From positions 1-64,000 of IMG/VR virus record IMGVR_UViG_3300020442_000007: a DNA stretch of 64,000 nt; one strand, 5' to 3'. The notes under the pieces are model-generated. The model saw only the letters and a list, made by a program, of their open reading frames with translations. It was not told the origin of the DNA and did not search any database. Shown here one piece after another: positions 48,101-56,742 of the stretch; within the stretch, counting starts at the first letter, position 1; every line of letters begins with the position of its first letter. The stretch comes from a virus. Position numbers and translations under genes: made by a program.

Positions 48101-49626
48101 TGAACTGTGATCTAACTTCCACACAAAAAGATTATGCACACTTTTTGCCTGCCTTAAGTGGATTTTATGCTACTTACATAGGAAAACAAAGGTTTGACAA
48201 TTATGTTGAACCTTCACGTATTCCTTATGCTAACGGCATGGAATCTATGAATTGGTTAAACAAAAAAGATGGATTGTTTAATTATCATTGGACTTTATAT
48301 AGTGCTGGACATGCCGAGCTTGATATAAGCAAAGATGCACCTAAAGAAGATATGGTGCGTAACAGAGACAGGCAGAACAGTTGGTTGTTAGGTGATTCAG
48401 GTGGTTTCCAGATTGGTAAAGGTGTATGGGAAGGTGATTGGAAAGATCCTAACTGCCCTAAAGCAAAAAAGAAACGTGAACAAGTCCTTGCCTGGATGGA
48501 TGCATACATGGATTATGGTATGATACTTGATATTCCTGCTTGGGTGTCTAGATCACCTGCAGGTGCTAAAGCAACAGGTATTGATAATTATCAAGATGCT
48601 GTAAATGCAACAAGAATTAACAATGACTATTTTATGAAAAATAGAAATGGTAATTGTAAATTTTTAAATGTGTTACAAGGTGAAAATCATGCTGATGCAG
48701 AAGATTGGTATCAGCAAATGAAAGATTTTTGTGATCCTAAAAAATATTCAAATCATTTTAATGGTTGGTCAATGGGTGGACAAAATATGTGTGATGTTCA
48801 TCTAGTATTAAAAAGATTAGTGTCTTTACGTTTCGATGGACTCTTAGAAAAAGGCGTACATGATGTTATGCACTTTTTAGGCACAAGTAAACTAGAATGG
48901 GCTACATTACTTACTGACATACAAAGAGCAGTTCGTAAGTATCATAATGAAAACTTTATGATTACTTTTGATTGTGCAAGTCCTTTTTTAGCAACCGCAA
49001 ACGGCCAAGTTTATTGTGAACTAGAAACACAGGATAGATCAAAATGGGTGTATAGAATGGTTCCAAGCATAGACGACAAAGCCTTGGCAAAAGACACTAC
49101 ACCTTTTGGACAAGCATTTGTAAGAGAAGGCAAACATTCTAGTTTCAAAGATTCGCCACTTACAAAAAACTTAATGGCAAAAGATATTTGTGTATATGGT
49201 CCAGGAGATTTAAACAAAATAGGCAAAGAAGGAAAAACTAGCTGGGATAGTTTTAGTTATGCTATTCAAATGGGTCATAATGTATGGAGTCATATTGATG
49301 CAGTACAAGAAGCAAATAGACAGTATGATGCAGGCACTATTCCTAGTATGTTAGTACAAGAAAAATTTGACAGAGTGTTCTTTAGAGATATTGTAGAAGC
49401 AATCTTTATGACAGATAATAAAGATGAAGCAAATGCAATCATTGAAGAATTTAGTAAATTTTGGATGGAGATACCTGGTACAAGAGGTGCAGTTGGTAAG
49501 AAAACTGTAAATGCAGGTACTTACTTTGATTCATTGTTTGAAGTTGATAATACAAACGATACAACTACAGATATTGAAGAACTTGACGAAACTAAATTAG
49601 AGAGCCTTGTGGATGAGCAAAATTGA
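48100..49626 (+). CDS. dpdA: TGT-family transglycosylase (DpdA-like 7-deazaguanine DNA insertion enzyme)
   Basis: GDSGGFQ, MILDIP, NVLQG, HFLG, FDCAS motifs of the TGT fold; clustered with folE/queE/queD-like. Confidence 0.75.
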   Translation: MNCDLTSTQKDYAHFLPALSGFYATYIGKQRFDNYVEPSRIPYANGMESMNWLNKKDGLFNYHWTLYSAGHAELDISKDAPKEDMVRNRDRQNSWLLGDSGGFQIGKGVWEGDWKDPNCPKAKKKREQVLAWMDAYMDYGMILDIPAWVSRSPAGAKATGIDNYQDAVNATRINNDYFMKNRNGNCKFLNVLQGENHADAEDWYQQMKDFCDPKKYSNHFNGWSMGGQNMCDVHLVLKRLVSLRFDGLLEKGVHDVMHFLGTSKLEWATLLTDIQRAVRKYHNENFMITFDCASPFLATANGQVYCELETQDRSKWVYRMVPSIDDKALAKDTTPFGQAFVREGKHSSFKDSPLTKNLMAKDICVYGPGDLNKIGKEGKTSWDSFSYAIQMGHNVWSHIDAVQEANRQYDAGTIPSMLVQEKFDRVFFRDIVEAIFMTDNKDEANAIIEEFSKFWMEIPGTRGAVGKKTVNAGTYFDSLFEVDNTNDTTTDIEELDETKLESLVDEQN

Positions 49627-49810
49627 TAGTTTAAAAAATCATATAAAAGTTTTAGAAAATAAACATAGAGAACTTGACAAATACATAGAAAGTTGTTATA
49701 ATAACACTAACATTACAGATGAACTTAGGCGTATGAAAACATTAAAATTATGGTACAAAGACGAAATTCATAGACTTAATCAAAAGTTAGTGCATATGGT
49801 GTTAAAATGA
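49613..49810 (+). CDS. DUF465/YdcH-like small coiled-coil protein
   Basis: LENKHRELD...MKTLKLWYKDEIHRL. Confidence 0.55.
   Translation: MSKIDSLKNHIKVLENKHRELDKYIESCYNNTNITDELRRMKTLKLWYKDEIHRLNQKLVHMVLK
49674..49702 (+). promoter_or_regulatory. Sigma70-type promoter inside the DUF465-like ORF
   Basis: TTGACA-17-TATAAT. Confidence 0.75.
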
Positions 49811-50325
49811 AAAGAGACTATCAAGATATATCGGCAGATGATGCAACATTTTTTACTGGTAAAGAAGTAGAAAAAACTCCTGCATTTGGCTTAAAAACTT
49901 TATTCGTAGTTGGTATACAAGATACAACTAAAATTCTAAATTGGTATCATACAGAAAACTGTGAGCATATCTTTTTTGGTGCTAATCATAGCTTTAGAGC
50001 TGACAATCATATTACATGGGATCAATGGGAAAATATGATACAAGAATTTTTGGATAAAGATATTTTATGTTCTCTTGATATTCCTCTATCAAATGCAGAA
50101 ACATTTAATGATAGTAGACTAGTAGAATATGATAATTTTATTCCACAAATACGTGTACCATTACCATATATTAGACTTTGGAATTATAATACAATGATTA
50201 AAATTGATGATAAAGGTTTTGATCAAAGTAATCCTGGTGTTTGGTGCCATAGTTTACATGATTTAATGGATAGAGAAAAATTTACAGATTGGGGCAAATA
50301 TAGCCTTGACAAAGTATTAGAGTGA
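49807..50325 (+). CDS. Hypothetical protein in deazaguanine cluster
   Basis: GKEVEKTP..GLKTLFV, HIFFGANHSF, SNPGVWCH. Confidence 0.65.
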   Translation: MKRDYQDISADDATFFTGKEVEKTPAFGLKTLFVVGIQDTTKILNWYHTENCEHIFFGANHSFRADNHITWDQWENMIQEFLDKDILCSLDIPLSNAETFNDSRLVEYDNFIPQIRVPLPYIRLWNYNTMIKIDDKGFDQSNPGVWCHSLHDLMDREKFTDWGKYSLDKVLE

Positions 50326-50334
50326 GTGTAAAAT
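50306..50334 (+). promoter_or_regulatory. Sigma70-type promoter
   Basis: TTGACA-17-TAAAAT before the QueD-like gene. Confidence 0.7.
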
Positions 50335-50824
50335 GTTAGATATTAATAATATAAATGAACGTGAGCATGAACCTTATTGGGAATATATGGGTCGACGCTT
50401 AAGAGAGGAAAATGACAATATGACGTTAAATAATGCTGAAAGAAGTATCTGGGTAACCTTTAAAAAAGAAGGTATCCATAAATATCCAGGAGCAGAGAGT
50501 GATCCAAAACTTGCAACAGGCGATTGGGACGATGTATCGTTTCTTGGCTATCCTCACCGTCATATTTTTCACTTCAGGGTGCGGATTGAGGTGTTCCACG
50601 ACGATAGAGAGATCGAGTTTATACAATTCAAGCGATGGCTCGAAAGACTTTACAGTACTGATAAGAGTGATGAGGTGCTCATTTTAGATCATAAATCCTG
50701 CGAAATGATTGCAGATGAACTTTATGAAAAAGTTTCTACAAAGTATCCCGGCCGCTTTGTTGAAATTGAAGTCTCCGAAGACGGAGAAAATGGCTGTCAA
50801 ATCTACTACCCGAAACCTAAGTAA
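50333..50824 (+). CDS. QueD/PTPS-like T-fold enzyme (true start probably downstream, e.g. 50420)
   Basis: EGIH...HRHIFH, IEF, SCE, EVSEDGENG; the annotated ATG overlaps a -10 box. Confidence 0.65.
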   Translation: MLDINNINEREHEPYWEYMGRRLREENDNMTLNNAERSIWVTFKKEGIHKYPGAESDPKLATGDWDDVSFLGYPHRHIFHFRVRIEVFHDDREIEFIQFKRWLERLYSTDKSDEVLILDHKSCEMIADELYEKVSTKYPGRFVEIEVSEDGENGCQIYYPKPK

Positions 50825-50836
50825 GGATGAAAGAAA

Positions 50837-51037
50837 ATGAATACAAACTTTCCGCCAGTGGATCAAGTGTTTGATGACTTGGAGAAGTTTAGAGAGTATT
50901 GTCGTTTTGAAGGAAAACCGTATAATGAAAAATTTCTTTATAATGACAACTCACCTGTTTGGCAATCTTACAAACGATGGCAACATTGGATGAAGAATAA
51001 AAAGAACAAAAAAACAAATAAGAGGACGAAGCATTAA
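50837..51037 (+). CDS. Hypothetical protein
   Basis: 66 aa; VFDDLEKFREYCR. Confidence 0.55.
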   Translation: MNTNFPPVDQVFDDLEKFREYCRFEGKPYNEKFLYNDNSPVWQSYKRWQHWMKNKKNKKTNKRTKH

Positions 51038-52104
51038 TGACAATTTATATTGTAGACATCGAAGCAGTAGACACACGTTATACAAAACAATGGAAAGAAC
51101 ATCTTCCTGTGCAACTGCGACGTGCTACAAATGATGAAGTTGTTGTTATAAGCGGGGGAGAGACGCCTCAGGCTACTACGCCTGGGGCATTTCTTAACTT
51201 CGGTGGCACTAATGTTTACAAGTCTAAGCAATTAGAACAAATTGGTAAATATTTTTGCGATGGACTTATTAAAGACGGCGATTATTTTATCTACACCGAT
51301 GCCTGGAATCCTACAGTTATTCAATTACGTTATATGGCAGAACTATTGGGTGTTAACATTCGCATTGGTGGTCTCTGGCATGCAGGTAGTTATGATCCAC
51401 AAGATTTCCTAGGTAGACTTATAGGTAATAAACCTTGGGTAAGACTAGCTGAACAGTCTATGTTTGAAACATATGATCATAATTTTTTTGCAACTAACTT
51501 CCACATAGAAATGTTTGGTAATACTTTACTTGCTTGTATGCAAGAAGATTATGAACAAGAAGGTAAAATTGTACGTGCAGGATGGCCAATGGAGTATCTT
51601 GCTAGTTCATTAGAACAGTACAAAGGTATGCCTAAAAAAGATTTAATTTTATTTCCACACAGGATTGCTCCTGAAAAACAGGTTGATATATTTAGAAATC
51701 TAAAAGATAAATTACCACAATATGAATTTATAGTTTGCCAAGATCAACAATTAAGTAAAAATGAATACCACAATTTACTAGGTCAAGCCAAACTTGTGTT
51801 TAGTGCAAATCTACAAGAGACACTAGGTATAAGCTGGTATGAAGGAGCCTTAGTAGGGGCTTTGCCTATGGTTCCAGATAGACTTAGTTATACTGAAATG
51901 GCATTAGATACATTTAAATATCCAAGTGAATGGACTGAATCTTACAATTCATACATATCTAATCAGCAAAAAATTGTAGATAAGATTACAGACTATATGG
52001 AAAATTATGAAAAATACCTTCCTAAATTAATTACACAAGTTGATATGTTAAAGAAAGAATATTTTTCTGGTATAGACTTATATAAGGAGATTAAAAATGG
52101 GTGA
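51037..52104 (+). CDS. GT-B glycosyltransferase (GT4-like)
   Basis: FPHRIAPEKQ, QETLGISWYEG (Ex7E), VPDRLSYTE. Confidence 0.8.
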   Translation: MTIYIVDIEAVDTRYTKQWKEHLPVQLRRATNDEVVVISGGETPQATTPGAFLNFGGTNVYKSKQLEQIGKYFCDGLIKDGDYFIYTDAWNPTVIQLRYMAELLGVNIRIGGLWHAGSYDPQDFLGRLIGNKPWVRLAEQSMFETYDHNFFATNFHIEMFGNTLLACMQEDYEQEGKIVRAGWPMEYLASSLEQYKGMPKKDLILFPHRIAPEKQVDIFRNLKDKLPQYEFIVCQDQQLSKNEYHNLLGQAKLVFSANLQETLGISWYEGALVGALPMVPDRLSYTEMALDTFKYPSEWTESYNSYISNQQKIVDKITDYMENYEKYLPKLITQVDMLKKEYFSGIDLYKEIKNG

Positions 52105-52417
52105 CGATAAAATTACAATTAGTAATATTGACTACACTATGGCGTCAAATGAGTATGGTATTACTGACTCCGGTAGCGAATATGTTATAAATTTGACTAG
52201 CACTTCAGATACTTCATGTGTTACTACCCATTCAACATTTGCTCCTACTTTTACATATGACTTAGGATTAGATAAAGAATTAGATTTAATAGATTTTGAC
52301 GAAATTGAAGAAATGTGTGAAGAATATCCTGGTTTAAAAAATGTTTATTTAAAATTCAAACATGTATATGACCTTGTAAGACAAGATTGGGTAGGTAAAC
52401 AAAAAGATGTTGTTTAA
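52097..52417 (+). CDS. Hypothetical protein
   Basis: 106 aa; MCEEYPGL motif. Confidence 0.55.
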   Translation: MGDDKITISNIDYTMASNEYGITDSGSEYVINLTSTSDTSCVTTHSTFAPTFTYDLGLDKELDLIDFDEIEEMCEEYPGLKNVYLKFKHVYDLVRQDWVGKQKDVV

Positions 52418-52832
52418 TTTTTTAAAAGATCGTAAAAGAGTAATACTTGATCGTGTAGGACAAAAACCTTACTTAATACGTTACTATTTGTTCTTAAAAG
52501 AACGCAAATGGTTTCCTTTCAATATCTTTTTACATAAATTTTTACAAGGTGATCCAGATGAATTACATGATCACCCCTGGCCATATTTAACAATCATCTT
52601 AAAAGGAGGATACTGGGAGGTGACACCTAAAGGTAGATTTTGGCGAGGCCCTGGTAGTTTTAGATTTGCAGGACCAAAGAGTTTACACAGAGTAGAATTA
52701 GAAAAAGGTATCAATGCATGGACACTTTTTATTCCTGGACCAAAAGTTAGAGATTGGGGATTTATTGTAAATGGAAAATGGATGCAAAATGAAAAGTATT
52801 TTAAATGGAGAGTGAGTAAGGACGCAAGATGA
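52407..52832 (+). CDS. Cupin-fold protein
   Basis: LHDHPW...GGYWE...HRVEL. Confidence 0.7.
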   Translation: MLFNFLKDRKRVILDRVGQKPYLIRYYLFLKERKWFPFNIFLHKFLQGDPDELHDHPWPYLTIILKGGYWEVTPKGRFWRGPGSFRFAGPKSLHRVELEKGINAWTLFIPGPKVRDWGFIVNGKWMQNEKYFKWRVSKDAR

Positions 52833-53389
52833 CAAATAAACATTTTTATTCTTGGACTGATGTAGAAAATATGTGTTTAAGTATTTCTAATCAAATGTTT
52901 AAGGAAAATTGGAAACCAGATTATATTGTAGGAATCACAAGAGGAGGAAATGTACCTGCTACTATACTAAGTAATATGTTAGGTATACGTTGTGAAACAT
53001 TAAAAGTAAGTTTACGTGATGATAGTACCGAAAGCGAAAGTAAATTATGGATGGCCGAAGATGCGTTCGGTTATGAACATGACATTGCTACTTTTAAGAA
53101 CAGATGGAACCCGGCCAAAAGAAAAAATATTTTAATAGTAGATGATATAAACGATACTGGGGCTACGTTTAATTGGATAAAACAGGATTGGCAGGATAGT
53201 TGTTTACCTGATCATTCTGATGTATGGGAAAAAGTTTGGGGAAAGAATGTTAGGTTTGCAGTACTGACAGATAATTTAGCAAGTGAATTTGATCAATGTG
53301 TAAATTATTGTTGTCATTCCGTGAACAAGACAGAAAAAGATGTTTGGTTAGTATATCCTTGGGAAAATGTAGGTCAGTATAATGCATAA
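52829..53389 (+). CDS. Type I purine phosphoribosyltransferase-like protein
   Basis: IVGITRGG, PRPP motif ILIVDDINDTGAT, WLVYPWE. Confidence 0.85.
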   Translation: MTNKHFYSWTDVENMCLSISNQMFKENWKPDYIVGITRGGNVPATILSNMLGIRCETLKVSLRDDSTESESKLWMAEDAFGYEHDIATFKNRWNPAKRKNILIVDDINDTGATFNWIKQDWQDSCLPDHSDVWEKVWGKNVRFAVLTDNLASEFDQCVNYCCHSVNKTEKDVWLVYPWENVGQYNA

Positions 53390-53564
53390 GGATAAGAAAA
53401 ATTACATCAAAGCACTTGAAAAAAGTGTAGCAGAAGATATAGAAACATTAAAAAAAATGCAAGAAAAAAATTCTAAGTTTCAACACATGCAACCAGTAAA
53501 AGAACAAATTTTTAAAAAAAGACGTACAATAGCAAAACTTGAACAGGAAATAAAAAATGGTTAA
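53382..53564 (+). CDS. Hypothetical small protein
   Basis: 60-aa ORF overlapping both neighbours. Confidence 0.45.
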   Translation: MHKDKKNYIKALEKSVAEDIETLKKMQEKNSKFQHMQPVKEQIFKKRRTIAKLEQEIKNG

Positions 53565-53955
53565 ACCTTGGACGAACGTTTTGATTGATACTAAAGACTA
53601 TACTGTATATAAAGATGGTTATCCGGTTACAGAAGGACATGTTCTTTTTGTACCCAAAGAAGATAATTGGAAATCAATGGTTACTTGTTTCAAAGCCGCA
53701 TATAGATGGGGTTATGATTGGGTAGACCGAGGATACTGTGATGCATTTAACATTGGACAAAATGTTGGCGAGGCAGCAGGCCAAACTGTAATGTATCCGC
53801 ATATCCATCTTATTCCCCGTCGCAAGGGCGACATGGATGATCCTCGGGGAGGAGTTAGGCACGTAATCCCTGATAAAGGAAATTATAAAAAAGTGCCAGA
53901 CGCAACTAAAGAGTATTATGAACACGTTGCTAAACAGGAACGATTTGATTTTTAG
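53557..53955 (+). CDS. HIT-family nucleotide hydrolase
   Basis: YPVTEGH, GQNVGEAAGQTV, HIHLIPR. Confidence 0.9.
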   Translation: MVKPWTNVLIDTKDYTVYKDGYPVTEGHVLFVPKEDNWKSMVTCFKAAYRWGYDWVDRGYCDAFNIGQNVGEAAGQTVMYPHIHLIPRRKGDMDDPRGGVRHVIPDKGNYKKVPDATKEYYEHVAKQERFDF

Positions 53956-53972
53956 TATACAGGAGGTAAAGT

Positions 53973-54194
53973 ATGGCAAGTCAAGGTGAGTATAACAGAG
54001 AGAATATGCTAAAAGCTATTCGAGAACATGCAAATGGACACATTGCAAAACATGCAATGAATGTTGAAATTTATTTGCAAAGAGCTGCAGGTGTTGGTGA
54101 ACACCCAGATATTCTAGATGCTATTGAGAAAGAACTAGGTGTTATTGCTCAATATCATGATCAACTAGAAGTATTAGACAAGTATTTTAAATAA
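53973..54194 (+). CDS. Small hypothetical phage protein
   Basis: AGGAGG RBS; GVGEHPDI motif. Confidence 0.65.
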   Translation: MASQGEYNRENMLKAIREHANGHIAKHAMNVEIYLQRAAGVGEHPDILDAIEKELGVIAQYHDQLEVLDKYFK

Positions 54195-54198
54195 ATGC

Positions 54199-54227
54199 TT
54201 GACAAAAACCTAAATACAATGTATAAT
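54199..54227 (+). promoter_or_regulatory. Sigma70-type promoter with nested late TAAATA box
   Basis: TTGACA-17-TATAAT, with TAAATA at 54211-54216, before folE. Confidence 0.85.
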
Positions 54228-54282
54228 AAAGTAAAATTATGCATTGTATTGGCAATCCACTGCCTTAACATCGGAGAAAGAA

Positions 54283-54972
54283 ATGAGCAAAAGTGAACAA
54301 ATAAAAGCAAAATTAGAAGAAGCAGGCATTAGATATTGGGCTAATGATAACATTAGTGAAGTATTAGAAGAAGGCGACAAACAGGCACTTATTGAAGAAG
54401 CTATCCCAGCTTTTGAAAATGTATTACAAAAATTATTAATTGATACAAAGACAGATCCTAATAGCCAAGATACTGCAAGACGTATGGCTAAAATGTATAT
54501 TAATGAGATTATGTCTGGTCGTTATGATCCAATGCCTAATCCAAGTAGTTTTCCAAACTATATAGAAAATGGTTATGAAGGCATGTTGGTAGTAAGGAGT
54601 GAACTTACAAGTTTGTGTTCACATCATCACCAGACAGTAAAAGGTGTAGCATACATTGGTATTATTGCAGGACCTAAACTACTTGGATTAAGCAAATATA
54701 CACGTATTGCACAATGGTGTGCTATGAGAGGCACCTTGCAAGAAGAACTAAATGTTATGATTGCAAATGCAATACAAAAAGAAACTGGTAGTGAACACGT
54801 AGGTGTATATGTTCAAGCAACACACGGTTGTTGCGAAAACAGAGGTATTAGAGCAACTAGTAGTTTAACACAAACCACTGTACTACGTGGTGCGTTCAAA
54901 GAAGATCCTGCTACTAAAAAAGAGTTTATCGATAACGTTAAACTTCAACAGGAGTTTGCTTGTGGCAAATAA
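54283..54972 (+). CDS. folE: GTP cyclohydrolase I
   Basis: TARRMAKMY, SLCSHH, GLSK, LQE, HGCCENRG; start ATG 54283 after GGAGA. Confidence 0.93.
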   Translation: MSKSEQIKAKLEEAGIRYWANDNISEVLEEGDKQALIEEAIPAFENVLQKLLIDTKTDPNSQDTARRMAKMYINEIMSGRYDPMPNPSSFPNYIENGYEGMLVVRSELTSLCSHHHQTVKGVAYIGIIAGPKLLGLSKYTRIAQWCAMRGTLQEELNVMIANAIQKETGSEHVGVYVQATHGCCENRGIRATSSLTQTTVLRGAFKEDPATKKEFIDNVKLQQEFACGK

Positions 54973-55861
54973 ACTTAGGTATTCAGAAGCATTTTATTCT
55001 GTGCAAGGAGAAGGACGCTTTGTAGGTGTTCCTTCTGTCTTTTTAAGAACGTTTGGTTGTAACTTTCGTTGTATGAACTTTGGTACAGATGAAAAAAGAG
55101 ATCGTTGGGAACAACACAAAGATGGAAAAAAGCATAATGCTGAAGTAAAAGCACTTATCGATGCTGGTGTACACGAAACTACAAAAAATTTTAACGACTT
55201 ACCTATTATACATACAGGTTGTGATACATATGCAAGTATCTATCCTGAATTTAAACACTTTAATAAATTAGCTACTATAGATGAAGTAGTGGAACATTTA
55301 TTAAGTTTGACTCCAGAAGGTAAGTGGACACAGGACAACGGTCAAGATATTCATCTAATTTTTACCGGCGGCGAACCTCTACTGGCGTGGCAGAGATTGT
55401 ATGTCGATTTATTTAAACATCCACGAATGAGGGATTTAAAAAATGTCACATTTGAAACAAATACTACACAACCTTTACACGACGAGTTGTTCGACTATCT
55501 ACAAAATCAAAACCACTTTGAAGTCACTTGGAGTTGTTCCCCAAAACTTTCAGTTAGCGGAGAACCTTGGGAAACTGCAATTAAACCTGATGTTGCTTTT
55601 GAGTATCAGCTTGTTAACAATAGCAACATTTATCTCAAGTTTGTTGTCGCTACTCAAAGTGACTTCGATGAAGTTACTAGAGCTGTACAAGCATATCGAG
55701 ACGCAGATATCGATTGCCCAGTATATCTCATGCCGTTGGGCGGACGTTCGGAAGAGTATAACCTCAATGTTAAAGAAGTCGCCGAAGCATGTATGGAGCG
55801 AGGTTGGCGCTTCACACCAAGGCTCCACATCAGCTTATTCGGAAATGCCTGGGGAACATAA
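54962..55861 (+). CDS. queE: 7-carboxy-7-deazaguanine synthase (radical SAM)
   Basis: YSEAFYSVQGEG...VFLRTFGCNFRC...GCDT, TGGEP, FETN, SPK; GTG start after CAGGAG. Confidence 0.88.
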   Translation: MANKLRYSEAFYSVQGEGRFVGVPSVFLRTFGCNFRCMNFGTDEKRDRWEQHKDGKKHNAEVKALIDAGVHETTKNFNDLPIIHTGCDTYASIYPEFKHFNKLATIDEVVEHLLSLTPEGKWTQDNGQDIHLIFTGGEPLLAWQRLYVDLFKHPRMRDLKNVTFETNTTQPLHDELFDYLQNQNHFEVTWSCSPKLSVSGEPWETAIKPDVAFEYQLVNNSNIYLKFVVATQSDFDEVTRAVQAYRDADIDCPVYLMPLGGRSEEYNLNVKEVAEACMERGWRFTPRLHISLFGNAWGT

Positions 55862-55862
55862 G

Positions 55863-55949
55863 ATGACGTATAAAAATAAACAACATAAAACTGCAATGAA
55901 GGCTGAAATAAAAGATCCTTCGGATGCAATTAGAAAGGCAGGATGGTGA
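55863..55949 (+). CDS. Possible 28-aa micro-ORF (MTYKNKQHKTAMKAEIKDPSDAIRKAGW)
   Basis: Fills the gap exactly between the queE stop and the next gene. Confidence 0.35.
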   Translation: MTYKNKQHKTAMKAEIKDPSDAIRKAGW

Positions 55950-56335
55950 TGAACAAAGTAAAAGACTGGTTCGATAAAGCTATCGGAAAAAAGAAAAAGA
56001 AAAGTCCTCCAACTAACGAACAAACAAGACGTAAAACACTTGAGTTAGAAAAAGAAGCGGCTACAAAAGCTGGTAAACCTTGGGTAGCAGTAATCGATAC
56101 ACAAGTGAATCCGAAAGATATAAAGAACGGATTCTTTGAACTAGACTGGAATAATGAGTTTATCGAGCAACTGCTTGATGCAGGTTATTCTGGTGAAACT
56201 AATGAGCAAATAGTTGATGCATGGTTTAGAACCATTGTTATTCAAATGCTAGAAGAAGAAGGCCACTCTCCAAATAGAGATATGGGCTATATAAATGTTA
56301 TTCCAATTGATAAGAACAAAAGTGAAGTATCATGA
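55943..56335 (+). CDS. Hypothetical phage protein
   Basis: GFFELDWN motif. Confidence 0.65.
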   Translation: MVMNKVKDWFDKAIGKKKKKSPPTNEQTRRKTLELEKEAATKAGKPWVAVIDTQVNPKDIKNGFFELDWNNEFIEQLLDAGYSGETNEQIVDAWFRTIVIQMLEEEGHSPNRDMGYINVIPIDKNKSEVS

Positions 56336-56742
56336 TGCGAGAAGACCTTATGGTCCAACAACAGGTAGAATCTGTATGGCAACATATGGTTGGAGTAATA
56401 TGCCTTAACCAAACTAGTAGAATACAAGTAAAAAGAGTATTACCTGTACTTTTCGATTCATGCCCTACTCCAGAAATTCTTCTTAAAACTTCTCCAAAAT
56501 TAATTAAAGAAATAATAAAACCATTAGGAATGGTTAATGTTCGTGAAAAAAGAATACGCCAAATGTCAAAAGATTTCTTGACATGGGACGGAAATGATGC
56601 TACTATGTTATATGGAATCGGGAAATATGGCAGTGACAGTTATAGATTATTTTACAAAAATGAAATACCCGAAGACATTGGAGACCATGAACTTAAACGA
56701 TACGTAAGAGAAGAATTAAATGAGCACATACATACTAGTTGA
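56332..56742 (+). CDS. HhH-GPD DNA glycosylase, MBD4-like
   Basis: ICLNQT, LYGIGKYGSDSYRLF, DHELKRY. Confidence 0.8.
   Translation: MMREDLMVQQQVESVWQHMVGVICLNQTSRIQVKRVLPVLFDSCPTPEILLKTSPKLIKEIIKPLGMVNVREKRIRQMSKDFLTWDGNDATMLYGIGKYGSDSYRLFYKNEIPEDIGDHELKRYVREELNEHIHTS
56578..56606 (+). promoter_or_regulatory. Sigma70-type promoter inside the glycosylase gene, facing rnh
   Basis: TTGACA-17-TACTAT. Confidence 0.55.

Noticed and set aside
54251-54280. Calling the folE leader a canonical preQ1-I or THF-II riboswitch
   Set aside because: The loop is too short and the consensus nucleotides do not match as I recall them; kept only as an unclassified candidate.
55443-55949. 168-aa alternative-frame ORF overlapping queE
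   Set aside because: It lies mostly inside queE with no recognisable motif; only the last 28 codons in the intergenic gap are plausible.
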